From an uncultured archaeon (GTDB lineage: Archaea > Thermoplasmatota > Penumbrarchaeia > JASLWR01), in the NCBI GenBank assembly GCA_964430885.1, contig CAYSHM010000002.1, positions 109,009-173,008 of the forward strand: 64,000 nt of DNA. Reading direction: 5' to 3'. The notes under the pieces are model-generated. The model was not told the DNA's origin. It was given only the letters and a program-made list of their open reading frames with translations, and did no database searches. This document shows positions 10,417 through 20,450 of the stretch, piece after piece. How positions within the stretch are numbered: position 1 is the stretch's first letter; each line of letters starts with the position of its first letter. The position numbers were made by a program, and so were the translations under genes.

Positions 10417-12732
10417 TTATATAACTGTATCCACCTCTCTTTTCAATGCTTCAAACTCCTGCTTCTTCAGCACAGAAGGCGCACCGGATATAATGAGTAT
10501 TGAGTCGGTCACCGAACCTAGGTCCTTGAAGAACCTAACGAGGTCTATAACTTCATCAAAATTATTGTGTGAGAACAGATATTCTATACCTTCAATAAGC
10601 ATGATGTCTTTTTGGTGTGTGCTGAGGAACCTTTCACCTTTCCTTTTGAGTGATTCGATATTGTCCGGCCGAACATTATTGGCTCCGTCCATCTTTGTTA
10701 ACCAAAGGTATTGGGATGCTTTAAGGTTAAATTTCCGTATGATCTTCCGGGGATGATTTCTTGTGATGAACAGGCCGGTTTGGTCCTGATCCTTTACCTT
10801 GGAGAATAGTTCATAGGCTGTGTCCCGATCGCTGTCTTCCAGAAGGTAAGCATAACCGCTTTCAATCTCTACCTTTTCAGCATCCGATATCTCGAAGTCA
10901 ACATCATCCGCCTGCCTATACCTTCCGATATCCGCTATCTTCTCAATAGAAACATCCTTCCAGCTGAACGCCTCTTCTTCAAATTCGCCTTCAAGTACTG
11001 TGGCCTGGACCACAGGTTCGGATTTCTCAGCTATCGCTTTCTTTGGCTCTTCCTGAGGGAGTTGGGCAGATGTTTGGGGTGGCGCCTGTCCTCCAGTGTT
11101 ATTCTGAGGCATTGGTTGTTGATTCCACTGCTGCTGCATCTGCATATTCTGTTGGGGATAGCCGAATTGATTGTTATTGTTGTACATTGGTCCGCCCCTC
11201 ATACCCTGAGCCCCTCCGCCCTTACCGCCTTCACCTAATTGTGGTACGCGGATTTCGATATATTGCTTGGCCTTTTGGCTCTTCTTGATAGATTCTGAGA
11301 AACAATAATGTCGAGCAAGGTCCGCACTCATTTTCAATAAATCTCTTGCTTCTGGTACATCAGTTTTATAGAATTCATTTGAGCGACTGAGCATTTCCCT
11401 TCCGATCTTAATGGACCTTATTGCCAACCTGTATTCAATCTTGTCGACATTCAGCGCTTCAAGAGCTTCCTCGCATTTCCATTTGACATGTTCGTGTTTA
11501 TCTTCCAATCCTGCTATTAGATAGGGTATGGATTCGTAAACGAGATCTCTCCTTTTAATACCTACATTCTTAATTATCTGGGCCATTCTCCATCTCACAT
11601 GATGGTATGGATCTCCCATAGCTACGGTTATTTGGGGGACATACCTGTCAAAATAATCCGGATTAATAGCGCTAATTATTGTAAGTGAATCCGAAACGGT
11701 CTGCCTTGCTTCCATTTCTTTATCTTTTTCCAAGTTATGAATGAAGATAGGCATAACATGAGGGATGAACTGAGGATAATCCTGGACCAGCTGGCCTATG
11801 GCCACGGCAGAGTGAATCCTTACGAATCTCCTTTCGTCCTTCATTCTCTTGATCAGATTGGTTATCATGAATTTGGGTTTTTCTTCACCTACCTCAATGA
11901 TGAAATCCGTAAGATGCTCCCTCCTTTTCTTTTGATCAGTATCAAGTGAGGTCATGAGCGCAGGGAAAAGTTTATCAAGGTTCTTGGTAAGAAGCCAGAA
12001 TATATTGGTAACTGTTTCGATTATTTTTCTGTCCTTGTCCAGAAATGCAGCTGACATGGGTGGAATAACAATGGTCGGAGCAACAAGGCCTACACTTGTA
12101 AGGGTCTTTATGGACATATATTTCATGTCCTCCTCCTTCTTTTCTATCTTGTTCCGCCAAAAATAGAACCGGTAGGAATCAACCAATGCCTTGTATACGA
12201 ACTGTATTGCCTCCTTAACTGCTGGCGGATTCACGCATCCTATGCTCCCAATGGATTTTACTGCAGTAGCATAGAGGTAGTGAAGTCCGTCTTCAGGTCT
12301 CTCTGGATGATAGAGGGGATATTTCAATGGTCTTGTGATCAGCTCAATGTTTTTTACACCAAGTTTAGGCAATTTTTTACAATAGTTTCCCACAGTGATT
12401 ATTACCCTGGCAAAGGGAATCCAGTTGAAAGGTTCCTTTGTATCGTGTTGATCAAAACCCCTGTTCAGGAAGTCCCTTAACATCTTATCGGTTTTGGCAA
12501 ATGCCGATGGCTGTTTTCGGGATAATATTAATAGGGTTTTCGAGGAGGCCATTCTGACAGAGTCCTTCTTGTCCAGAATCATGGGGATGATATATTTTAA
12601 AGCCTCCGGGGTGTTTGAACGGTTACTCAAACACGCGGATTCCAGGGTTTTCAGTCCGTTAATCTTTTTTTTAGCCGATGAGGATTTCAGTCCGCTGATA
12701 TATTTGTTGCTCAATGCCAAGTCCAACACCAT
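10417..12732 (-). CDS. HEAT-repeat protein with Q/N/G/P-rich linker and C-terminal DUF835 domain
   Basis: Repeated D...VR...A HEAT motifs; C-terminus GLFITRNHP...YLWLT...LIEGIEYL.SHNNF...KD, typical of DUF835. Confidence 0.75.
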   Translation of the reverse strand: MVLDLALSNKYISGLKSSSAKKKINGLKTLESACLSNRSNTPEALKYIIPMILDKKDSVRMASSKTLLILSRKQPSAFAKTDKMLRDFLNRGFDQHDTKEPFNWIPFARVIITVGNYCKKLPKLGVKNIELITRPLKYPLYHPERPEDGLHYLYATAVKSIGSIGCVNPPAVKEAIQFVYKALVDSYRFYFWRNKIEKKEEDMKYMSIKTLTSVGLVAPTIVIPPMSAAFLDKDRKIIETVTNIFWLLTKNLDKLFPALMTSLDTDQKKRREHLTDFIIEVGEEKPKFMITNLIKRMKDERRFVRIHSAVAIGQLVQDYPQFIPHVMPIFIHNLEKDKEMEARQTVSDSLTIISAINPDYFDRYVPQITVAMGDPYHHVRWRMAQIIKNVGIKRRDLVYESIPYLIAGLEDKHEHVKWKCEEALEALNVDKIEYRLAIRSIKIGREMLSRSNEFYKTDVPEARDLLKMSADLARHYCFSESIKKSQKAKQYIEIRVPQLGEGGKGGGAQGMRGGPMYNNNNQFGYPQQNMQMQQQWNQQPMPQNNTGGQAPPQTSAQLPQEEPKKAIAEKSEPVVQATVLEGEFEEEAFSWKDVSIEKIADIGRYRQADDVDFEISDAEKVEIESGYAYLLEDSDRDTAYELFSKVKDQDQTGLFITRNHPRKIIRKFNLKASQYLWLTKMDGANNVRPDNIESLKRKGERFLSTHQKDIMLIEGIEYLFSHNNFDEVIDLVRFFKDLGSVTDSILIISGAPSVLKKQEFEALKREVDTVI

Positions 12733-13046
12733 ATTTTTTTTTATTGGTATTTAACACCGAGAAGTTGATAATTCAAAGGAATCAAATGATCCAAATAGAT
12801 ATTATAGATTCAATTAATATCATTTAGGATTATTTATATTATCTACTACTTCCAGATATTAATATTTTACTAACAATAATCAATAGATATAATACTTTTT
12901 GGTAATATCATTTAATAATAGATTTTGATTTCTCACAGAATATTCAAAAGTCAGTAGATTTTTTTCTACGACAGGCAGGCCGTGTAAAAATATGCAGTTT
13001 GGTTTTGTGCAAATAACCGCAAATAGAGATAATAGTCGGGGGCTAC

Positions 13047-14120
13047 TCAGCTATACATACCGCTGGCTGGTTCGGATGATTTGATCTTCTTGCTAGCTTC
13101 CATCTGGGAACGAAGCATCATGATCTTCTTCTCTATCAATTCGGCTTCCTGAAAGAGGGGTTCAACATTAAGGCCCAGATTTAAAATCAAATTGTCGATG
13201 CTTTGAATTATCTTAGCTGCAGCTCTAGCATCAGGTATTTCCTGATGGGCTTCAGTCAGCAGTCCTATTACACTGAAACCCCGTCTTTTACCTTCATTGA
13301 TAAGCACTCCCGCTACACCCTGAATTATTCCGTCAGTGAAAGGTGATACGTTGCTTTTCTCAAGGATTTCCCGAGCTTCTTTGGTCGAGGCTATTCCCCA
13401 AACCCCTACATTTTTATCCGGCAGAGGTCCGCTGTTCTGGCCCTTCTTTTCCTTACCAGATGACTCTTCACGGATGTCATTTTTTCCCTCTTCTCCCAAA
13501 CCATCCTTTTCTTCCTCATCAATTTCATCCGAAGTCCCTTTAAGAGCTTCTTTTATATCTCCCAGGTCCATTATATCCATGTCAAATTTAGCGCCTCCAG
13601 ATCCCGGATCAATGGTCATATTGACATTATCACCTGTTCCAGAGTCTCCTATCATTTCCTCTCCTGAATTGTCATCATCTCCGAATGGTCCCTTTTTCAG
13701 ATTTTTCTTTAGATAATTATCGCTTTCGATTACAAGACCTTCAGGAGAAATAAGTATTCCGCATTTCTGATCAACCAGCCAATCTAGTATTGTTCCCGCT
13801 ATGATCTTGATAATCTTTGGAGGCGGTTGGAATTCCGAAACGAATACAACAATAGGCTTGATCTCCCCTTCCTTGTCCTTGACCTTTCCTCCGTATATTC
13901 TTACTGGGTTCAAAGGTTCATTGTCCCTGACCACCGATACTGCGGGGAAATATATGGAATCAATAATACCTATCTGTTCCAAACCCAGATAGCTGATGAG
14001 ATAGTTAGCGCAAATAGTGGATACCAAACCCACGCTGGGGAATCCTTCGATAACCGTTGCATCCCTTAGGTCAGTTCTTTTGAGTTCATATACTTTGATC
14101 TTTTCCATTATGCTCACCAA
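13047..14120 (-). CDS. PAC2-family proteasome assembly chaperone (PbaA/PbaB-like) with acidic insertion
   Basis: IEGFPSVGLVSTI..NYL, P.RIY, GIIQGVAGVL, PDARAAA; C-terminal MYS (HbYX). Confidence 0.88.
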   Translation of the reverse strand: MVSIMEKIKVYELKRTDLRDATVIEGFPSVGLVSTICANYLISYLGLEQIGIIDSIYFPAVSVVRDNEPLNPVRIYGGKVKDKEGEIKPIVVFVSEFQPPPKIIKIIAGTILDWLVDQKCGILISPEGLVIESDNYLKKNLKKGPFGDDDNSGEEMIGDSGTGDNVNMTIDPGSGGAKFDMDIMDLGDIKEALKGTSDEIDEEEKDGLGEEGKNDIREESSGKEKKGQNSGPLPDKNVGVWGIASTKEAREILEKSNVSPFTDGIIQGVAGVLINEGKRRGFSVIGLLTEAHQEIPDARAAAKIIQSIDNLILNLGLNVEPLFQEAELIEKKIMMLRSQMEASKKIKSSEPASGMYS

Positions 14121-14368
14121 TATTTGGATCCGGAACCTGCCGTAGAGGTAGGATTGAATATATTTAAACTGAATTATAATCGAAATAACATGTTGATATT
14201 ATAATGATTTACATGGTTTTATCTAAAGATGATTGCAATTATTTTTATGGTTTTATACAAGTTTTGTTTTCTAAGATTCCTTATTAGCTGTACTGAAGAA
14301 TTCCCCTTATAGATTATTGCCTTTGAGAGATTTGAATATATGATTTTACCTGAATTTAACTGTGTTTT

Positions 14369-15328
14369 TCAATCCTTCAGATAGGCGCCGCAGGATGGAC
14401 AGAAATCCAGCTCAATTATTAGGTCCTTACCGCAGTAATTGCATGTTCTGGTTTTCATTTCCTTTAGGTATATATCGTTATCGGTTTGGAGTGAGTCATG
14501 AGGGGCTGCATCTTTAGTGATTGTCTCGTTCTCCTCCTCTTTTCCGTAGGGATGCGAATGGTAATTTGGAGGGGGCCGGTTTTTCTTCATATGGCGCTTT
14601 CTGATATTGCCAGCATATCTAACTAGTTCCGGACTTAGAATCGCCAAAGGAAGTAAGGATGCAGCATTGAACAAGGATATCCTCAGGATATCTTCATCCT
14701 CTGTTAGTTTTACCTGTGTCCAGTTGATCATATCATTCATCAGTTCGGTATTGTTATCGGGATTGCTTCCTGAGTATGAACGGCCCTTGAATTCCTCATT
14801 GAACTCATCTTCAATATCCTGCAGTCCCAAATTACCAATTGGAATAACTCCCAGAGACAGTACTATGACAGCTACCAAGCACCATTTGATCTTGGTTTGA
14901 ATACTCTGTGATGTTAATGGAAATATTGGGAGAAGTTTGAAAAGAGGTCCCAATATGCTCATTATCAGTCCGCTTCCCAACAAATATAATGAAAGGTAGG
15001 AGGGGTTCTTCTGCAGAATGAAGACGGCTAGAAAAACTATAAGGATTATCTCCCCGCCTATCAGCGAAATGAAACATCCAAGCCCCCATCTCGCATACTT
15101 TGCTTCCTTTCCCAGAAATTTTCTTCTGGTGAATATCATGAAAAGGGCAATTACCGATAATACAAAACCTGTAATACCGATAAGTTCAAAGAGACATGCC
15201 GCTACTATTAAATTATGGATTCCTACTAGAATGCCTATCACAGTGAATGCTCCAACCGCTATATCGATGGCGATTGAGATGCTAATGAGGAACAATCCTT
15301 TTCTAAGCCGATCTTCCATTGTTACCAC
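14369..15328 (-). CDS. Membrane protein with C-terminal zinc ribbon
   Basis: 5-6 TM segments; ends CNYCG...FCPSCG. Confidence 0.65.
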   Translation of the reverse strand: MVTMEDRLRKGLFLISISIAIDIAVGAFTVIGILVGIHNLIVAACLFELIGITGFVLSVIALFMIFTRRKFLGKEAKYARWGLGCFISLIGGEIILIVFLAVFILQKNPSYLSLYLLGSGLIMSILGPLFKLLPIFPLTSQSIQTKIKWCLVAVIVLSLGVIPIGNLGLQDIEDEFNEEFKGRSYSGSNPDNNTELMNDMINWTQVKLTEDEDILRISLFNAASLLPLAILSPELVRYAGNIRKRHMKKNRPPPNYHSHPYGKEEENETITKDAAPHDSLQTDNDIYLKEMKTRTCNYCGKDLIIELDFCPSCGAYLKD

Positions 15329-15419
15329 TTAGAACGAATGGTGTATTAATATTTTTATCCGAATTTTTAAGGTCTAACCTTTTTCCAGATTTGACCCCTT
15401 CAGCAGCAGAATGTGCCGG

Positions 15420-16091
15420 TCAGATTATCTTTGATACTAGATCCCTGATTGTGGATTCAATATCTCTGCTCTTCACCACGCCAGATGCTAGAAGGACGCC
15501 CTGGGTGCCCAATTTCAGCGCCATGGCAACATCCTCACCGTTCTTCACGCCTGCACCTGTAAGAACTTTCACTTCGGGTTTAATCTCCCTTATCTCCTTT
15601 GCGGTATTGATTACGATATCTGGATCAGCCGAGGTTACGGATATGTCCCCGCCAATTAGCTCAGGCGGTTCCACGGCAATGAAGTCGGGTTCAAACAGGG
15701 CGCAGGATTTCGATACCATTATATCGTTTGTACATACAATACTTGTGAGATCGAGCTCTCTGGCTTTTTTTACAAGGTCAGATATTTCAGCAATGGTCAG
15801 CCTATGTTCTGAATGGTTGATAAGGACTCCCCTTGCCCCTGCACTCTTGACCGCTTCTGGAGATACATATCCAGTCCCTGCGCCGGGCGGGATATTGTCC
15901 ATATGCTGTGCAAAAATCGGAAGCTTGACCTTATCGCATAAATATTTCAGATCTGTCTGTTGAGGGCACAGAGCAAAGGTTATTTCGCTTTCATTGGCTA
16001 CCTTCTCGCAAATGCGTGCAATGTGCAATGCCCCACCGTTGTTGTTCTGGGGATAGGTTTTCATGTTGACAACTATATATTTCTCCATCAT
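15420..16091 (-). CDS. tpiA: Triosephosphate isomerase, archaeal type
   Basis: VNMKTY, INHSEHR, AVEPPELIG, GAGVK, LLASGVVK. Confidence 0.95.
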   Translation of the reverse strand: MMEKYIVVNMKTYPQNNNGGALHIARICEKVANESEITFALCPQQTDLKYLCDKVKLPIFAQHMDNIPPGAGTGYVSPEAVKSAGARGVLINHSEHRLTIAEISDLVKKARELDLTSIVCTNDIMVSKSCALFEPDFIAVEPPELIGGDISVTSADPDIVINTAKEIREIKPEVKVLTGAGVKNGEDVAMALKLGTQGVLLASGVVKSRDIESTIRDLVSKII

Positions 16092-16291
16092 CTTATCATC
16101 CGCTTTTTTTCTATATTACCACTCAGATATGCGCTCAATGAATTATTATCATATACATTATATCAATAACCAATACAGCTCCCGAACAATGATCATGATT
16201 ATATTTGAACCGTGTGGATCCAAATCCATTTATTAATAAGTAAATATTGACATATCCTGATTTCAATTGATCCTAAATTTCCTTTGGATAG

Positions 16292-16792
16292 TTACCTGAA
16301 AAACTCGTGCTCCAGAAGCCGGCAAATATCTTCTAAAAGCTGCCGGTCTCCCTCATGGAAAGGTTCAAGTTCATGTGAATCAATGTCCAGCATACCTCTG
16401 GTAGCACCATCTTTATCCCGAATTGGAACCACTATCTCGGATTTAACATCAATACTGCAGGAAAGATAGTTTCCCTCTTTGCTGACATCCTGTACAATTC
16501 TTGTATCTTTATCATCGGCGACCTGTCCGCAAATTCCAACACCGAAATCAATGGATGTATGCACCGTCGGGGCTCCCCTATAGGGACCTAGTATCAATTT
16601 GTTCCTGTCTGTTTCATCCGTCATATAGAAGCCTACCCATTGATAATAATCAACAGAGGAGTGCAGTAAAGCACTTATCTCATCCAAGGTTCTTTCCAAT
16701 CCTGCCTTTTCTGCTATTATGTTATTTGCAGCCCCTAAAAGCTCCTCCGAAAGCTTTTGGTTAATGGATTCATGCCCATTCAAACGTATCAC
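16292..16792 (-). CDS. msrC: GAF-domain free methionine-(R)-sulfoxide reductase-like protein
   Basis: WVGFY, LGPYRG, GICGQ, YLSCS, SEIVVP, LDIDS. Confidence 0.75.
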   Translation of the reverse strand: MIRLNGHESINQKLSEELLGAANNIIAEKAGLERTLDEISALLHSSVDYYQWVGFYMTDETDRNKLILGPYRGAPTVHTSIDFGVGICGQVADDKDTRIVQDVSKEGNYLSCSIDVKSEIVVPIRDKDGATRGMLDIDSHELEPFHEGDRQLLEDICRLLEHEFFR

Positions 16793-16850
16793 TTCCTCAA
16801 TAATATCTATCGAATTCTATTCTATGAACATTACAAAAAAGAAAACTTAT

Positions 16851-18431
16851 TTATAAGGATCCTGGTAAAATCCCATCCATATCCACAATAGATACACCCG
16901 CCCCGCCATGTTGACTCCTTCTCACCCTTATCCGAACAAATATCGGGAGGGCAATATTTCCTCCAATAACGATAGCTTCTCCAACAGCAAGTCTTTGAAT
17001 ATCCTCACTTGCTCCAGTGCTGAGACCTTCCAGGGAGGCGGTGATTGCTTTCAGGTCATTGCTGTTTGTAATCTTCATTATTATCTGTGTATTACACTGA
17101 CTTAGGAGATTCTTGTCGACCCTGGCGGGTCTCTGTGTAACAGCACACAGCCCGAATCCGAATTTCCTTCCTTCCGAAGCAACGCTTATCAGAAAGGGAG
17201 ATGAGATCGCCTTTCCGTTCTGGGGACAGAAGTTATGCGCTTCCTCGATAACCATCATAAAAGGCGGTATTATTTCCCTTTTTCTCTCCCTGTAAAGTGA
17301 ACTTATCAGCCTTGCAACAACAATTTCCTGGGCAGTTTTTGGGACACCTTTCAGATCTATCACTGAACACTGTCCCTTTCTGACTATCTCCCTCAAAGGA
17401 GTGGGATTTTCAGAAAAAATTTCGTAGTTTTTCAATCGCTCAAGGGCATCGATCACTTTCCACTTGGCCTTATCCCTGTGTATCTCGGCCTGGCATATGA
17501 TGTCATCTATTGAATAATTCCCTAGATTCCGCTCTAAAGACCTGATTGCCTGGTGCAGGATTCCAAGTTCGCTCCCAGTACCTTTCAGGGATGTCAATGC
17601 CATTAGGTCATCGACACTTAACCCCCCGTTATTGAAACTCAATGGAATAGTATCTGGATTCAAACCGGAATTTAGAGAGAATATGGTTATCTTGGATGCA
17701 TATCCTTTAGGAGCTACGGCAAATTCTTCCATGAAAATCATATCCCTCTGATCGAGGTTCGGATTTATCATATTGGAATATTCACCGTGCCGGTCAATAA
17801 TGATAATGGGCACGTTCTTCTCTAGGAGTTCTTCAACAAGCACTCCCACAGAATATGATTTTCCGCTGCCGGTTCTGGCTATTACGGATATATGTTTTTG
17901 CACGATGTCGTTGATATCCAGGGTTACTTCGAGATCGTGCCCTCTTAGTTTACCGATATATGCCGATGAGTTGGTTTTGGTCTCCAAACCAATGACTTCA
18001 CTTATAAAGGAGCTTTTGGCGGGATAAACCGGTTTTCCGGCTTTAAGAGGGATAAGAGGTTTTTTCAGGCCACCCCGGTGGTCTCGGTATCCGAATATAG
18101 ATACTTTTGCCGAAACCTTTCCTTCACCAGGTTCCTTTGATGCAATCCCTGGGATTTTTCTGCTCTCGAGTTCTCGGCCGTAGGGTTCGATAATAATTGT
18201 GTCTTTAGCTTCCTGAAAAGATATTTCTGTTTTTCTCTGAAGTTCGGTCACATAACCAATGACATTACCGCATTGAGGATGATGAACAGTCACAAAGGAA
18301 CCTGTCTTGACCCTGGGATCGCTTACAGCAAATTTAAAATTCTTTGTGGATACATTGCCATAAATCACTCCGAGAACCGTACTCGGCGATGGTATTCCCC
18401 AAAGGTCATTTCTATGATCTGATCCATACAT
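16851..18431 (-). CDS. HerA/DUF87-family ATPase with N-terminal HAS barrel
   Basis: HISVIARTGSGKS, IIDRHGEY, IEEAHNF, EGRKFG, TQRPA, SQCNT. Confidence 0.88.
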   Translation of the reverse strand: MYGSDHRNDLWGIPSPSTVLGVIYGNVSTKNFKFAVSDPRVKTGSFVTVHHPQCGNVIGYVTELQRKTEISFQEAKDTIIIEPYGRELESRKIPGIASKEPGEGKVSAKVSIFGYRDHRGGLKKPLIPLKAGKPVYPAKSSFISEVIGLETKTNSSAYIGKLRGHDLEVTLDINDIVQKHISVIARTGSGKSYSVGVLVEELLEKNVPIIIIDRHGEYSNMINPNLDQRDMIFMEEFAVAPKGYASKITIFSLNSGLNPDTIPLSFNNGGLSVDDLMALTSLKGTGSELGILHQAIRSLERNLGNYSIDDIICQAEIHRDKAKWKVIDALERLKNYEIFSENPTPLREIVRKGQCSVIDLKGVPKTAQEIVVARLISSLYRERKREIIPPFMMVIEEAHNFCPQNGKAISSPFLISVASEGRKFGFGLCAVTQRPARVDKNLLSQCNTQIIMKITNSNDLKAITASLEGLSTGASEDIQRLAVGEAIVIGGNIALPIFVRIRVRRSQHGGAGVSIVDMDGILPGSL

Positions 18432-18518
18432 TTACTAAACCCGTCCTTCGTTTCCTGGGAACTGATACCCCGCAGTCAAGATGTCAGCCTTGTAATATTC
18501 TGACAGCATATCATGAAA

Positions 18519-20450
18519 TCAGGATTTTTCTTTGGTTTTGAATTTTTTAATTCTGACCAAAACGACCGCTGCACAAATTACCGCTAGAACTATTATTATT
18601 ACTAGAATCGAACCTTTTGACATCCCAGAACTGTTTTTCTCAATATTTTTATCCAGAGTTATAGTGACCATACCGCTCTCAGTTACCACTGACACGAGAC
18701 TGCCTATCTTCTTTTCCTTTGTGGCATTGAAATAGTATTTGCTGTGCATTATATTTTTCAGAATCATTTTCCCCTGCTCGTCAGTAGTACCGTTATAGGA
18801 CCATCCATCCTCCCTGGAAGTAATCAATATCTCCGCACCACCTATGGGTTCACCAGAGGTGTCCACCACATTTACCTCGACTTCTTCCAAAGGCCCGAAA
18901 GTGCACCATGGCCCTGGAATGATGTCAACCAGATCGTCGAATGCATATTCAGGGTGCTCTTTTCTATGGTCTGCGACTTTAAAGGGCTGGCCGCATGAAT
19001 GGCCGAAGCGGGCCCAAGTTTCGAAACGGGCCGCCAGTGTTTGGTTTGTAACCTTTCCATCAAGAGAACCCCACGGATAGCCGGATTCGTTCTCCACATG
19101 GCCGCATAGGGTATGCCCGCATGGGTTGATGGTTTCCTCTACAGTGTCGTAGTGATCGCTGAGGATTTTTTTTCCGATCTCAATATCGATCTTCCCGTTG
19201 TACTGTTCGTATAGCTGATTTAACCTCACATAGCGCGGATAGCAGCCGTGGTCCCAGCCTTGGATCTCATTCATCTCTGCAGCGACCTCCGGGTCCCAGG
19301 GATAATTGCATGAACCAAGAAACCCGTCAGTGGTCCTTGCTAATTCGTATTCACTGGAGCCCAGTTCAAGTATTGCCACCTCATTTGTCTTGGCATCACC
19401 CAATAGATAATCTCCGCAGTAGGCGCCGTTAGTGTCAGTAAGCATTATATCCTTGAACTCATCGATACTGTCGGAATATTGAACTGCTTTTCGGAGTCTC
19501 ACAAAAGAGGGAACATTGCCCCAGTTGTATGGCCCACCACCTAGAGTGGTTTCCCCTATGACCATCCCGGCTCCATTTAGATACCATTCAGTTCCGCTCC
19601 AGATCATTCCTGCGGTCACTTCCATCAGTATACGGTTCCCGGTTTCCGGAACAATATCTATGAATATGGCAAAGGAAGGAGAGAGGTAGAAGGGCATCCA
19701 TAGGTTCTGGGCGATAACGAATTTGCCGTCAGCCGTAGCGCTGCCAGTGGCAACGAATGCTGAACAATGGTGGATATTTCCTTCAGGAAAAGGCATGGGG
19801 TTCTCTTCCTCTTCACCCAGGAAAGGGAAGGGAAGTCTCTTTCCGACCCCGTCGACCCTCCACCAGAGGTCCCACATGCAGTTCAAAGTAAGTATGTCGA
19901 GCCAATCAACAGTGGATCCCAGAGGGTTTAGGGCATTTTTCGTAGCTGCGCCCTGGGCAATACCTTCAATTTCTTCCTTCTGCTCTTGGGGGACATATGC
20001 CCAGAAATTAGCGGCATGAAGGCGGCATTCTCTCCAGTTCATATCATATCTGTCTTCAGTAAGATGTGCGTATGCAGATATTGCTCTTTCGATCATATCT
20101 GCTAGCACCTCGCCGTGGGTTGTACCTATCTCATTAGGGCTTCCTTCCACGTGGAGATATGTGAACCCGCATTTCTCAAATAAAATGTAATTGTCACCTT
20201 GAGTTACACTTCTAGCTTCCGCCTGCCCCTTGGAATAATGAACTAGATCTTTATAATCTTCAACATTATCATTGGCGGCTGTGAGGGTGGGGAATGCCAT
20301 TAGCGTTATGATTAGAAAGATTACCCCCCGGCGATTGTACCGCTTTCCTTTTATTGGAATTAATTTTTTGATCCTTATCATAGTTGGTTCCTCCGGGGCA
20401 TGGGGAGTGGGTCCAGAAATCGTATATGTGGCTTTGTTTGACATTTGCAT
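18519..20450 (-). CDS. Secreted, membrane-anchored C45/phospholipase-B-like Ntn hydrolase
   Basis: Signal-like hydrophobic segment, G..HG, nucleophile CSAFVATG, beta-sandwich domain, C-terminal TM and Lys tail. Confidence 0.75.
   Translation of the reverse strand: MQMSNKATYTISGPTPHAPEEPTMIRIKKLIPIKGKRYNRRGVIFLIITLMAFPTLTAANDNVEDYKDLVHYSKGQAEARSVTQGDNYILFEKCGFTYLHVEGSPNEIGTTHGEVLADMIERAISAYAHLTEDRYDMNWRECRLHAANFWAYVPQEQKEEIEGIAQGAATKNALNPLGSTVDWLDILTLNCMWDLWWRVDGVGKRLPFPFLGEEEENPMPFPEGNIHHCSAFVATGSATADGKFVIAQNLWMPFYLSPSFAIFIDIVPETGNRILMEVTAGMIWSGTEWYLNGAGMVIGETTLGGGPYNWGNVPSFVRLRKAVQYSDSIDEFKDIMLTDTNGAYCGDYLLGDAKTNEVAILELGSSEYELARTTDGFLGSCNYPWDPEVAAEMNEIQGWDHGCYPRYVRLNQLYEQYNGKIDIEIGKKILSDHYDTVEETINPCGHTLCGHVENESGYPWGSLDGKVTNQTLAARFETWARFGHSCGQPFKVADHRKEHPEYAFDDLVDIIPGPWCTFGPLEEVEVNVVDTSGEPIGGAEILITSREDGWSYNGTTDEQGKMILKNIMHSKYYFNATKEKKIGSLVSVVTESGMVTITLDKNIEKNSSGMSKGSILVIIIVLAVICAAVVLVRIKKFKTKEKS

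Noticed and set aside
12733-13046. AT-rich intergenic regions (also 20451-20895, 46349-46617, 55926-56197) checked for CRISPR repeats, ORB boxes and IS ends
   Set aside because: No regularly spaced repeats, G-string ORBs, cdc6 or transposase seen; consistent with ordinary promoters and terminators
15319-15963. 214-aa plus-strand ORF, and similar long antisense ORFs such as 55000-55662 and 30253-30750
   Set aside because: Ser/Ile/Phe-rich antisense shadows of well-supported genes
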